Shown here: in pieces, positions 22,440-34,789 of the stretch
Layout of the letters: every line of letters starts with the position of its first letter
Numbering within the stretch: position 1 is the stretch's first letter
NCBI GenBank assembly: GCA_964035575.1
Contig: OZ037837.1
Location: 806,001 to 870,000 of the forward strand
Reading direction: 5' to 3'
From: Rhynchopus sp. YZ270_cl-10
Lineage: Eukaryota
DNA length: 64,000 nucleotides
Notes under the pieces: model-generated
Database searches by the model: none
What the model was told of the DNA's origin: nothing
Seen by the model: the letters and a program-made list of their open reading frames with translations, nothing else
Program-made: the position numbers and the translations under genes

Positions 22440-24240
22440 CGCTCTCGAAGAGAGAAGTGATCGCCTGTGGTTGTTCGTTTTCCTTCGATTTGTCTCCTCT
22501 GGTGTATTTGTCTTCTCTCTGCTGTTTTGTCCCCACGCTGAACGCACCTCCGGGTCATCCCTTTCTGCTTTGTCGTCGCAAACATTTCCGACAGAATGGC
22601 GTTCGCCGCGTAGTTGCTGCTGTCCCCGCTCAATGCAGAGTTGTCGACCTTCATGTGTACAGTGCACGCGCTGGTGTATTTTGCCGCCAATAGTACAGAC
22701 TTAGCCGCCGCATACAGCTCCTCAGGAAAATTGAGGTGTCCTGTCCCGCGCCGACCGTTCCCTGCGCTACCTTTCTCTCGTCTTCGTTGACTTCCAAGAT
22801 GCTACCCATTCTGCTTTTGGGGCGTCAGACCACACTATGAGTGTCTTAGTGGGGGGTTGTTGGATCCAGTAGTTCGTCGTCATCAGCGATACCCGCTTTC
22901 GCACTTCGGAAATCACGCTGCAATTTAGGCCAAAAAATTTTCTCAAAATCCGGGTTTGTAGTATTGACTTCACCTTCTGTTACCCGTAGTGACCGCTATT
23001 CTGCTTCATTATCGTACCACCCTGCTTGTAGGTGTGTTTGCCAGTCACCCAAATTATCATGAAACTCTCGCGAGAGAGGTTTTTAAAAAAGCTAGTGCAA
23101 GAAATTCGCTTTGTAATCCGGAAATTCTGTCCCGCTTGCAGAGGTTCAAAAAGTATGCTTCTGTCTATTTCTTTTTGATCGTTCTTGTATTGCAGCGTGA
23201 TTCCAAACTCCTCGGTACGCGCACGTGAACAACGTTGTGCGATCGCAGGAGCGAACGGCCATCCCATCGCCAAAAAATAATAAAAAACCCCTATCATCTT
23301 TTGTTAAGTTGGTACGCTACCCACGTCATACGCCGATCTCCTGCGGTGTTGACTCCAAAAAACAAAGAACTGTTGAATGTTATTGTCTTCTTTGACATTT
23401 GCGGTGGCGGACCCCTCGACCTTTTCAGTTTTCTGCCATCCACGAATCGTAAGCTCCCCGACTTTTTCTCCACAGTGAAGGCATGCAGAATCACTTCTTG
23501 GGGGCTTGCAGATGTTCGCGACAGGACGCCGAAGTCGATGAGGGTATCCAGATGTTGATCCATGTGGCGCGAGGTACCTCTCCTTATCCCTGCTTGCTTG
23601 TCCCAACCCTCCTTCAGGTGTGATACGAACGTTTCTCTCTTTCGGATGATCTGCAGAATGTCTTCCAGCTCGTTCTCCTTGTCGAGGCTCACCAGTGTGT
23701 CTAGATGTCGCCGCAATGTAGTCCTGGTCGGTTTCTCCTGCATGCGCCTCGGCGGGCCGAGCGTTTGTGGCGCTGCTTCGTCGGTACGCATAGGGAGTTG
23801 TCGTAAAGGCTCCGTGTCGTGTCGCGTGATCATCTGGATCTGTTCCAACGGTACCCTCTTGTCGTTGAGGTGGTGCGCCGCTCCTCGCCTTAGGGAGTGA
23901 GGGGTGAGGTTCTGCTTCACTCTTTTGGCTCAAAATAGGTTTGTAACGCTGCTGATGGGAACATGTGTTCCAGTGTTCGCTTCTCTAAACACAGAATGAT
24001 CGCCTCGTCGTAACCTAGCTCTGTCTTCATGTGGTACTCCCAGTTTGTCTTGAATTCATTCAGGCGGCCGCACACTTCGCAGCTCCCTCATGTAAGAAAC
24101 CCGATAGCGCCCGTGACAGAGTGTGCTGCGCCTTCGCCAGCTTGCTCTGCGGTGAGTGGCAGTTTCCTTCTCCCGAGATACGTAGGAAGTCTTTCGTCCA
24201 GCAAACGCTCAGGCTGCGGGGTCGGCTCGTGGTAAGATAT
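22440..24240 (-). pseudogene. Frameshifted and deleted YR and RT-RNaseH remnants
   Basis: Motifs are scattered over ORFs 23294-23920, 22980-23297, 22767-22973 and 22376-22690. Confidence 0.8.
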
Positions 24241-24249
24241 GCGTGCGTA

Positions 24250-25666
24250 TCTCCTCGTTTGTTGGTTACCTCGTTTATATTTCCCCTCGTTTATTTGTCT
24301 CCTCATTTGTTTATCTCCACGTATGTTTGTCTCCTCATTTGTTTATCTCCACGTATGTTTGTCTCCTCGTTTGTTTGTCTCCTCATTTGTTTATCTCCAC
24401 GTATGTTTGTCTCCTCATTTGTTTGTCTCCTCATTTGTTTATCTCCACGTATGTTTGTCTCCTCGTTTGTTTATATCCTCATTTGTTTATCTCCTCGTGT
24501 ACTGGACCACCATCAGAAACAGGCAACCACCGACTGCAAACACACTCAGGGCAAGCTCCACCAGACACCACAGACCACAACGGCAACAAATAACCCAAAA
24601 CTCCCCAAACAATCAACAACCAACTGATCTCTTTTTTAGTGTGACTTGATACACAACAGCCCTCTCGTGAACAGTGCACCTTGGTACACTCTTACGTGAC
24701 CGCTGCACCGGGCTGGACCCAACCATGAAGTCCTACATCCATTTCGTCATTTCGGGAGGAGGTGTCGGAACTCTGCTCTGTTGTTGAGGTGGATTGCAGG
24801 CAGCAAGGGCGCAGGGGATGTCTCTTTGCACGCAGTCTGGGGGGTCTGTGGAGCTTCGTGTTCTGTGGCGGATGTGTGAAGAGAGTGATGAGCACAACAA
24901 CGTTGACAACAGCAGCATGTGGCAAGCAGCTTGCAGCACGACACAATACGTGCAGGGGAAAGACACGTTCATCATTCTTCGGTTGTGGCATGTCGTCATT
25001 GTGCGTGTCTCCGTCGCTTCTGGCTTTGCTCGGGGGATTCGTCTCTGCTTCGTTTCGGACGTGCTTCAACCACAAGCTTCCTCCTCGTTTGTTTATCTCC
25101 TCTTATGTTTGTCTCCTCATTTGTTTATCTCCTTGTTTATTTGTCTCCTTGTTTATTTTTCTCCTCGTTTGTTTGTCACCTCGTATGTTTGTCTCCTCGT
25201 TTGTTTTGTCTCCTCGTTTGTTTTGTCTCCTTGTTTATTTGTCTCCTTGTTTGTTTTGTCTCCTTGTTTATTTTTCTCCTCGTTTGTTTGTCACCTCGTT
25301 TACTTGTCTCCTCGTTTGTTTTGTCTCCTCGTTTGTTTTGTCTCCTCGTTTGTTTTGTCTCCTTGTTTATTTTTCTCCTCGTTTGTTTGTCACCTCGTAT
25401 GTTTGTCTCCTCGTTTGTTTTGTCTCCTCGTTTGTTTTGTCTCCTTGTTTATTTGTCTCCTTGTTTATTTTTTCTCCTCGTTTGTTTTGTCTCCTCGTAT
25501 GTTTGTCTCCTCGTTTGTTTTGTCTCCTCGTTTGTTTTGTCTCCTTGTTTATTTTTCTCCTCGTTTGTTTGTCACCTCGTATGTTTGTCTCCTCGTTTGT
25601 TTTGTCTCCTCGTTTGTTTTGTCTCCTTGTTTATTTGTCTCCTCGTTTGTTTTTCTCCTCGTTTGT
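24250..25666. repeat. Two degenerate minisatellite blocks (24250-24497, 25080-25666) of ~14-19-bp ttgtctcctcgttt units
   Basis: Directly visible; lie inside the decayed YR element. Confidence 0.9.
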
Positions 25667-27097
25667 CGCCCTTAATATCCTTTGTTTTCTTCTTTGTCGC
25701 CATGATACGTCTTTGGATTGTCCTCTCGTCCCCTGTCAGTCAACGTCCGACCCCTGTGTTCCCTCTTCCCAGCTTACCCGTGTTGCTCCAGTAGTCTCGG
25801 TCGCGGCCGCTCATCTCGACACCTCCCCTGTCTCGGTCGTCTCCCCTCATTGACGCCCTCCTAGACTCCAGGACACCTCGTCACCTATCTGACCTTGCTA
25901 AACGTGTTGACGAAGCCGGCGATACACTGCCTATACTGTCCAGTCATCTCCATTCTGAAGGCATCCATCTCGTCGATGAGGCGGATGGCGTACACCTCAC
26001 ATGGCTTGTGTCCCCCGTGCACTGAAAGCATCTCCCCAATGATCTGGGCAGCAGAATTGCGGAGGCACGACTGCATTTCCTCCTATCACCTATCTATCAA
26101 ACATAAGTTTGGCGGATTTGAAGATAATTTTCTTGTAATGTGACGCCTTCTTTACGCCATATGTACGACTGTGTTCTTATTATTAGGTATTAGGCCTACC
26201 GTGGCCGTTCTTCCCATGAGAGCCGTATCCAAACGTCGTAGATATCTTGACTGTCTGCCTTCCCCCTGACCATCGTTTTCAATGAAGCACAGATTTTTTT
26301 TTTTTTTTTTTTCAAACCCCAAAAGTCCCGAAAACCCCGAAAAACCCGCGTCCTGAAGTACGGGGGAGAGGTGGAGCACAAAAGGGGGGAAGGGGAAACG
26401 GTAAGACTCATGGCAACCGAAGAACGCGTCTTTCATTTCCAGACGTATTGCATACTCGTACAAAATAAAAAATACAAGATGCCCGCGTCTTTTTTGCAAA
26501 ATGTACACGCATGGGGGGCCCTAAAACCCCTGCTTCCATGTGTTTCTACAGGCAAACACTTGGACCCCTTTACCTTACACTGATGGGTTTTGACCAAAAT
26601 CAAGAACTTGGCCATTTCGTCAAATTGACCCACCACAGAACGGACGGATTCCGGAAATGCAAATGCCGGTGTTTTTGCGCATTTTCATGGTTTCAGCATC
26701 AGAGAGAGAAAATCTGCGTTGTGGGATTTACCTTGGCCCCTTTACCTTACACTCATTTTGACCAAAACCAAGAACTTGGCCATTTCGGCAAATTGACCCC
26801 ACCACAGCGCGGACAGATTCCGGAAATGCCAATCGCGGCATGTTTTGGGGCTGAAAAATTTTCACCAGAAAATTTTTTTCAGCAGCATTTTTTGGCCGAA
26901 AATGGGCCCCACGTATTAGTGACCGGGCTCATATTTTTAAAAATTTAAGTGGTCAAAAAATTGTCCAATTTTCGAGATTGACCCCACCACTTTCTGGACG
27001 GATTCCGGAAATGCCAAAAAACTGTGTTTTGGGCCACGAATTTGCACCCCGTCACCCAAAAACCAGCAAAAAATAGGGGGAAAAAAAACCAAAAATG

Positions 27098-27326
27098 CAC
27101 GACGGTGAAGTAACGGGTGTTACAAGTGGAGTTACAAGTGAGTTACATGTAACTTTTGTTACATGTAACTCACTTGTAACTCACTTGTAACCCACCAGTT
27201 ACAACCTGATTTTGCCTGTAATTCATGTATCCCACTTGTAACTCACTTGTAACTCACTTGTAACGGTTTTTCACTTGTAACGTTACATGTAACTTCACTT
27301 GTAATGTACTATACTTCACCGTCGTG
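27098..27326. mobile_element. CACTA/CMC-like MITE (CACGA ends, 2-bp TSD)
   Basis: TIR CACGACGGTGAAGTA; TSD TG; subterminal gttacaagtg/cacttgtaac repeats; removal restores aatgtccgcg. Confidence 0.82.
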
Positions 27327-27360
27327 TGTCCGCGTTTTTGGGGGGGGGGGGGGGGGGATA

Positions 27361-28550
27361 GGGTCTATCAAAAGGGTACTAAAAAGGGTGGCAAAAAGTC
27401 ATTTTTTTAAAAAAACCCCAACTACGGCTTTCATAGTGTTTCTGACCATACCAACCCACCCACACACCCCCAAAAACCGTCTCAGGCCCCGAGTTTACCC
27501 TTTTTTGGCACTTCGGTGGCCCTGATTTTAAAAATTCAGGAAAAAAAAATGGGTGTCCATGACTTCGTACCTTTTCACCCCCCCTCTGTTCCCACATTTA
27601 TTTAAAATTCAGTTTCCTCTTCTGCTTTGGGCGAGTACTGCTGGATGAAACCAGAAAATATGTCCATTGGGACCCCAAAAATCGAATTCCGCCCGGTTTT
27701 GAGCACTTTTGACCACTTCTGAGCGACTTTTTTGCATTTTTTCAAAAGTGACCACCAACTTGTACCTGCCCACCCCCCCGTAGGTAGAGCAACTCACACA
27801 TTCATCACGCCTCGCAGTGAGCCAGGGGCCAGAAAAGCCCCCAAAGCCACATATTTTCACCCCAGAACCTATCCCGAGGGGTACCCAGGCGGTTTCGGGG
27901 TGTTTAGAGGGACTTGGTGGAACTTAGAACCATGTTTCAAAAAGGGTACAAGTACTTGGTCCCTTGGGAGGGCAAACCCTTGGTACGAGTTCATGGACAC
28001 TTTTTGAAACATGGTTCTAAGTTCCACCAAGTCCCTCTAAACACCCCGAAACCGCCTGGGTACCCCTCGGGATAGGTTCTGGGGTGAAAATATGTGGCTT
28101 TGGGGGCTTTTTTGGCCCCTGGCTCACTGCGAGGCGTGATGAATGTGTGAGTTGCTCTACCTACAAGTTGGTGGTCACTTTTGAAAAATGCAAAAAAGTC
28201 GCTCAGAAGTGGTCAAAAGTGCTCAAAACCGGGCGGAATTCGATTTTTGGGGTCCCAATGGACATATTTTCTGGTTTCATCCAGCAGTACTCGCCCAAAG
28301 CAGAAGAGGAAACTGAATTTTAAATAAATGTGGGAACAGAGGGGGGGTGAAAAGGTACGAAGTCATGGACACCCATTTTTTTTTTTGAATTTTTAAAATC
28401 AGGGCCACTAAAGTGCCAAAAAAGGGTAAACTCGGGGCCTGAGACGGTTTTGGGGGGGGTGTGGGTGGGTTGGTATGGTCAGAAACACTATGAAAGCCGT
28501 GGTTGGGGTTTCTTAAAAAATGACGTTTGCCACTAGCTTTTGATAGACCC
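27361..28550. mobile_element. Foldback element: ~1.19-kb near-perfect palindrome
   Basis: Arms 27361-27944 and 28000-28550 are reverse complements with small indels; flanked by TA. Confidence 0.88.
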
Positions 28551-28771
28551 TAGCCTAGGGGGGGGGGGAGGGGGGGGTCTGAAATTCCCCAAAAACGCGG
28601 ACATTGTCCGCGTTTTTTGTTTTGATGCCACCCCTCTGTCACCACCTCCCAAAAATAATAAAGAAGCACACCTCAGCACAGTGCAGAGCAGCCGTCGTGC
28701 AGCTGACCACACAGTGCGAGGAGTGAAGATGCACAACAACAACTGCTGCAAAGTAAACGCTTTCTTGCTTC

Positions 28772-30412
28772 TCACTCGCGTAAGTGTTGTGGTATCTTGC
28801 TGAGTACATCATTGCTGCACTTGTCCTTTCCATGCAAGGTCTTCAATAATGTGCACCCGTCAAGGAAAGCATACCCAACGGCCGTGACACGTTGCAATGC
28901 ACTCAAGTCAACTGTGGACAGGGATGTGCACCCTTGGAGGAACTGGTTCCCGATCGTGGTGACACCTTGCAATCCACTCAAGTCGACTGACAATAAAGAT
29001 GTGCACCCGAAGAGGAAGTGGTTCCCAATCGAGGTTACACCTTGTAATCCACTCAGGTCGACCTTGGTCAAAGCACTGCAGCCACAAAGTACCTGGTTCC
29101 CAATCGCAGTCACAGCAGACGTATGACTGAGATCAATGCACGTCACTGCAGTTCTTGCCAAGAAGTTGTCTGGAATCGCATTCACAACTAGTGCCTGCAG
29201 GAGCAAGCAAGCCACCTTCGGATCAGTCACCTGCTTCAATCTTGCTTCCGTAAATTTTGTCTCACCCAACACCTGAGATGCTGCAATGGCAACGTACTTC
29301 CTCTGTGTGTTCGTCTGCGTTACAACAACCCTGTGACCCCTCAGCTGCACCACGTCCTCTCCTTCTGCAATCACTTCATCTCTGAAAGTCATGTCGAAGC
29401 AGCCTTCACGCAACCCCACTGCAGACGCAACCTTCCGAAGCAAGTCCTTGCCCGTGTCATCCACACTCACCTCAATCTCGTGTTCCACTCCATCCAACCC
29501 CTGCACAAAGACAGGCACAAAAAGCGCAGACATCTGGGTAAGGGCGTCGTGCACGTTCGAAACAGGCAGCTTCAGGGAAAACGTTGCATGTAGGTGTGCA
29601 GCACCCACAAGGCGGTGGCGGTCTCCACTCGCTGCCATGCTGTTGATGCTCCGCACAACGGCCTGCGACTCTGTGACCGCACGCAGCACCTGGTCATTCC
29701 CAAGCTGGCACACCGCCTCGCACTCAGCAATCATGTGTCCTGCCTTCGCAACAAACGTCTTCAGCGCACACACCTCCCCTTCACGACTGAGTGCCTGTGT
29801 GAGGAATCTGCGTGTCACCTCCTCCTCACACACGACTTCGCTGCGCGACACATCCTCACGCATCACGAGGTGATCGACGTGTGTCTGCAGGAGAAGGTCT
29901 TTGTACCTGTCCTCCGTGGGTGGGAGTGCCTCAAGCACACGGCACTTCTCCTCTGAAGCAGTCCGCTGTGTTGTCAGGTCTGCCACGTGTGAGTGGAGGG
30001 TGTCACGCTGGCGTTTCACGTAGTCTGTGATGTCAACTGTCTTGTGTCCCGCATGTGTGTCGCACCTGTCACAGCGCATGCAGATCAACGCGTCTCCACA
30101 CGCAGGGTCTTCACAGACGAGGCACAGCTCTTGGCCTGGGTGATGTGCACACTTCGACGACGTCCCGTACGCAGTCACAGAAGCGCGATGTGCCTCACGG
30201 TCACGTGGCCTTGTGTGGCAAGCGTCATAGCACGCAGGTGAGTCGCAGAAGAACAGCTCCACGCACATCCCGCACTGCAGCTGTGCAGGCTTGTCACAGT
30301 TCTCACAGCTCGGCATCTGTGGTGTGGTGGGCTGCGTGTCAGACCCCATGTTGTGTGTTTCGAAGAGGTGGGAGGGTGCAGGGGTGTCTGGAAGGGGTTG
30401 GGTGGGTGGCAT
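28772..30412 (-). CDS. B-box/CC/UBL/LRR protein, copy B (3 core LRRs)
   Basis: Paralogue of copy A; first ATG gives MPPTQPLPD. Confidence 0.88.
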   Translation of the reverse strand: MPPTQPLPDTPAPSHLFETHNMGSDTQPTTPQMPSCENCDKPAQLQCGMCVELFFCDSPACYDACHTRPRDREAHRASVTAYGTSSKCAHHPGQELCLVCEDPACGDALICMRCDRCDTHAGHKTVDITDYVKRQRDTLHSHVADLTTQRTASEEKCRVLEALPPTEDRYKDLLLQTHVDHLVMREDVSRSEVVCEEEVTRRFLTQALSREGEVCALKTFVAKAGHMIAECEAVCQLGNDQVLRAVTESQAVVRSINSMAASGDRHRLVGAAHLHATFSLKLPVSNVHDALTQMSALFVPVFVQGLDGVEHEIEVSVDDTGKDLLRKVASAVGLREGCFDMTFRDEVIAEGEDVVQLRGHRVVVTQTNTQRKYVAIAASQVLGETKFTEARLKQVTDPKVACLLLQALVVNAIPDNFLARTAVTCIDLSHTSAVTAIGNQVLCGCSALTKVDLSGLQGVTSIGNHFLFGCTSLLSVDLSGLQGVTTIGNQFLQGCTSLSTVDLSALQRVTAVGYAFLDGCTLLKTLHGKDKCSNDVLSKIPQHLRE

Positions 30413-30908
30413 GGGATGGAAACAGAGTGTGCGTTCAAGACTGCAGCACACAGGAAAGGTGAGTGAGAGGCTGGTGTGTAGATGAGGATGCAGCTGGGTC
30501 AGGGATCAGGGATGCTTGACGTCCTGGCACCGAGGCTGACTCAGAGATGCGCTGCACAGTGTATGTGGGGTGTGGGGAAGTGGAACATCAGGTGAGGCAT
30601 GTGGGGTTGCTTTGTTTTTGGTCTTTTCCTTACCACCTGTTGTCAGAGGTGGGTCTTTTTTTTCATACGCTCAGTTTGTTACAACGTTGTTAAAACAAAT
30701 AACCGCTAATCCCCTCCCCCGTTTTCCCGAAAAACAGAACATTTTTGTCTACAGTTAACATAATATTATTGGTCTTGTCGGACCTGAGAAAACGCGTGCA
30801 TGTTGCATACACATGCACACTTACACCCAACGATGAGGTTCATTGATACATTGCAACGAAGTTCACATTGTGGGAAATGTGGTGACAAAAAGAGCGAAAA
30901 AAATAATA

Positions 30909-31663
30909 CCGTAGACGGAAAAATGTTGCAACGGAATAATGTTGTAACGCTGGAAAAAATGGCCCAGCGTTACAACATTATTCCGTTACAACATTTTTTT
31001 GGGGTTTATTTTTGTCTTAGGGATTTTTGCTGGTGCGGGGGTGGTTTTTGAAAAGAAAAATCTTGTGCCTCTGACGGTGGTGAAAAAAGGGCGGGGGGCG
31101 GGGGGATGATGTTTTTTTTTTTTTTTTGGTGTTGTTCAACTTAGCCGTAGGCTCGACTTTTTTTGTTCCACATCAAACTGGACAGGGCAAGGGGGGGTAC
31201 GTTTACTATCCTTTCCCGCTCGCGTGCTGCTTGCAGCGCTGACCTCATTTGCGACAGCACGAGATGTGCTGTCGTCTAGCCCCACTGCGCTTGCGGCGCT
31301 ACCAGCAAGGAACGCCAGGTTGGGGGCATCTCCTCCTTCCGAAACAGGCTCGTGGGGATTGCGGCGCTTGCAGAATTGGGCTAATCCCATTTGTTTCATT
31401 TTTTATTTGGGTGAGGGGTGGGGGAGGACGTCGAAAAACCTGAAACACTAATTATCGGCTTGAAATTGGGGTGTGGTGTGTGAGGTTGGGGATTATGCCG
31501 ACTGTTCCAAAAAAAATCCCTAAGACAAAGTTCACCCCAGTCATAAAAATGTTGTAACGGAATAAAGTTACAACTTCCCGCGATCCGCAGCGTTACAACA
31601 TTATTCCGTTACAACATTTTTACGTTCCAACATTTTTACGTTGCAACATTTTTCCGAATACGG
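30909..31663. mobile_element. Tc1/pogo-like non-autonomous element (TA TSD)
   Basis: TA|CCGTA(GA/TT)CGGAAAAATGTTGCAACG TIR. Confidence 0.85.
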
Positions 31664-31860
31664 TAATTGTTTCATGTACAACTATTCTACTGAATAGATG
31701 GTATAATAGGGTGCACTAAATGTACCCAAACTTTAATGATAAGAAATTGCTAAGAAAAAACTGGGGTGCTGTGAATATGGGGGGAGTGCGCTCCTGGAAT
31801 TCCACCTTGCAGAAATCCCGGACATTACAGGAACAAACCTGTTACAAGGGTTTTGATATA

Positions 31861-32802
31861 TCAGTCAATAATTGAGCCACCGGGACTTTTTTCCGTTTTT
31901 GTACAGAAAAATTTTTAATTTCTACTCGTCAAAAAAAATTGTCCGACCCCGCAATTAAAAGATATCGACTCGGAAACCCATCCCCGCTGGGTTTTGAAAA
32001 CTTTTGATGTCGTTGGTTCACCTCAGATGTGTGAGGGCCTCGACCAAAATCAGTTTTTCCAGTTTTCAGGTATAAGCCTGGGCGGTAGTATTTTACAAAA
32101 AAATCCTCAAAATTCAAAAAAAACTGTTCGAATGGATTCAGATCGTGCAAAACAGTCAAAATATCACTTTTGACAAAGAAAAAAAAGTGATCCTCACTGT
32201 TACGCAGCCACCCTCCTGACCCCCCTGGAACCTGGTTTTTGTGTGGGGGGCTCCCTGTACAAAGTCTTAAGGGAAGTCTGAAGGGGTACTGGTTGGTGGC
32301 CATTTTTTGCCTACAAAAAATCAGGAAAAAAAAATTTTTTTTTCGGTTCTCGGGAGTCTGTGCGTGCTGTGATGGCGTCACTTTGCGCTCAGAAATGAGT
32401 ATTTTTGACCTAAAATGCATGTGTCAGTTTAGACTGGCTGTACGCCGTTTTCCACGGTGTACAGCCACAACTACCCATGTACAGAAGAATTTTTAACTTC
32501 TACTCATTTCCAGAAATCGTGCGACCCCGCAATTAAAAGATATCGACTCGGAAATCCATCCCCGCAGGGTTTTAATTTTTTTTAAAAATTTCGGTGCGTC
32601 GCATTCATGCAATTCATTTCCGACTTTTTGGGATTCACCAATCTGGAGCTCAAAAAAAATTTTTTTTTATTTTTATTTTTATTTCTTTGCATTCCGCTGC
32701 TCAAAATCTTTCAATTGCGGGGTCGGACAATTTTTTTTGACGATCAGTTTTTTGTTCAACGAACCTTGGGAGAAAAGTCCCGGTGGTTCAGTTATTGACT
32801 GA
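31861..32802. mobile_element. Non-autonomous TIR element (TA TSD)
   Basis: TIR TCAGTCAATAA(T/C)TGA(G/A)CCACCGGGACTTTT; empty site ttttgatatatttgagtgg at 38701. Confidence 0.88.
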
Positions 32803-33494
32803 TATTCGAGTGGAACTCAAATTGATACCACCACGTACGCCACTACAATAGTGCACCCTATCGACGTAAACCATCTTGTCACAAACGGAGAAAACAAAAA
32901 CTGTAAAAAACAAAGACTGATGCCAAGCCCTAGCCTCATAGATCACCCCCCCTGAAAAAATCAACAAAATCGTGAGAGGGGGTGAAACCCCACCCTCACC
33001 CTCAGAAAAAACAAAACTCTGGTTTCGACAATCACCTGCCCGAGGATGGGTTCTGTACACAAGGTCGCCCGAAGGCTAATGCGTTGCAAAGGTGTAGATG
33101 CTGTTCATCATCAACACAAAGAAATCTCTTTTTAGTTTTCCTTTTAAATAAAACAAGTGTGGCTCTACTCCAACCCGCCCCGGATTAGAAAAATGGAAAA
33201 AGGATGGGAGTAGGGTACGGTGTTCAATTTCCTTTTAGCACTGCATGTAATCATAAAAAACTAGGGGGTTCCTAGCAACGTAACTTCCTTCACAAACCCC
33301 TGTCGGGGGGGGGGGAAATGTGGGGAAGAATAAAACATCATGAAAAAAGCTCGTTGCGTTCCCACTATCGTTTCCGCTGCGCTCTCACTAGCGTTCCCAC
33401 TCCATTCGGTTTTCTCTTACTTAGTAAAGTCTTCTAAAAAAAAAATGTCTTTATAAATTTTTTTTTTTTTTTTTTTTTTTTTTATCATATTTTC

Positions 33495-34369
33495 TCAGGC
33501 CTTTTGCTAACCATCATGCCATCATGCCACGTTTTTGGGCGTTTTTTATTTTTTTTTCCATCATGCCACCATCATGCCACGGGGGGTGGTGGGGCAGGGC
33601 TTTCGCTCTCCATCACCTGGGGATTTCCCCCCAGATGGCATGATGGCATGATGGCATGATGGCATGATGGCATGATGGCATGATGGCATGATGGCATGAT
33701 GGCATGATGGCATGATGGCATGATGGCATGATGGCATGATGGCATGATGGCATGATGGCATGATGGCATGATGGCATGATGGCATGATGGCATGATGGCA
33801 TGATGGCATGATGGCATGATGGCATGATGGCATGATGGCATGATGGCATGATGGCATGATGGCCTGAAAATATTTCTGCTCGCTGCGCTCGCGGAGGTAT
33901 ACCTAAAAAAAAAATTCCCGCTCGCTTCGCTCGCGCTGTACGCCTATTTTCTTCCTGCCTACGGTGCCATTTTACAATGTCTAAGGGGATTCCCTTGCAT
34001 TTTGCAGCCAGAAATGAAACTTGACCCAAGCTGCAAAAATTTGACCATTGTTATTTCAAAATGACCCAACCGTTGCAACAGCCCCTGCTTCTGGAAGACG
34101 TAGTGATTTTGTACGGTTAGTGTACGTAAGGCGCAAGACCAAGCACCGTTAAACAAGGATTAGATTCTGTTTTTTTTTTTTTTTGTTATCTTGCAAAGCT
34201 GACCCTTCGCCTCTCCACCCTGTGGCTGTCAGGGAGGCGCGCGCGAAGCGCGCGACGACCGCTTTTACCAGGTGGGAAAGCTCGGAATGTACTTTTTTTC
34301 CAGGAAATTATTTTTTTTTGACCATCATGCCATTCCTGGGGAAAATCCCAAAGTTAGCAAAAGGCCTGA
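33495..34369. mobile_element. hAT-like MITE (8-bp TSD)
   Basis: TIR TCAGGCCTTTTGCTAAC; TSD ATATTTTC at 33487-33494 and 34370-34377. Confidence 0.85.
33634..33863. repeat. (GATGGCAT)n satellite
   Basis: ~28 perfect 8-mers inside the hAT-like MITE. Confidence 0.97.
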
Positions 34370-34789
34370 ATATTTTCTTTTTCCTTTTGACTCCGTGGTT
34401 AACCTCGTGTGAGGTTGCGCGGAGTTCGCAGTCAGGCCAGGGAGCCACGTAACAAGGCTCGACTGCCACATAGTGGGGGGAGATCTGTGCAGCCTGTATG
34501 TTCCCCCCGATTTTCGTGGTAAATGGGGAGGCGCTTCCGTTTAACGGCAACCCACAAGAGTAGAACAACAACCAAACTTTTGAGAAACAGACGCCAATGA
34601 GACCTAGAGTCTCTCTTCTTACTTGTGTGCTACAGACAAACATGACAACGCTAACCACGACTGCCACGGCAGAGCGGGGTCCCAAACGGTTCACTGGGGG
34701 GGATCCACATAGATAAAGAAAACAAAAAATACGAAAGCAAGGAAGAAAACCAGTAAAAAAAAAAAAAAAAAAAAAAAATGTGTTTTGGA

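Larger units (their letters stand above)
22039..26466 (-). mobile_element. Second, decayed YR retrotransposon with split direct repeats
   Basis: A1 26313-26466 = A2 22204-22357; B1 22352-22415 = B2 22039-22102; broken YR (HSLRRGAA..ITRH), RT (FTVEKKSGSLRFVDGRKL, LAMGWPFAP) and RNase H (WSDA, VDNS) fragments. Confidence 0.88.
18313..28634. mobile_element. TIR element expanded to 10.3 kb by nested insertions, in the 3' flank of LRR copy B
   Basis: TIR GGGGTGGCATCAAAACAAAAAACGCGGACAATGTCCGCGTTTT; TSD TCT; empty site cactctgtcacc present at paralogous loci (~13755, ~46766). Confidence 0.9.
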
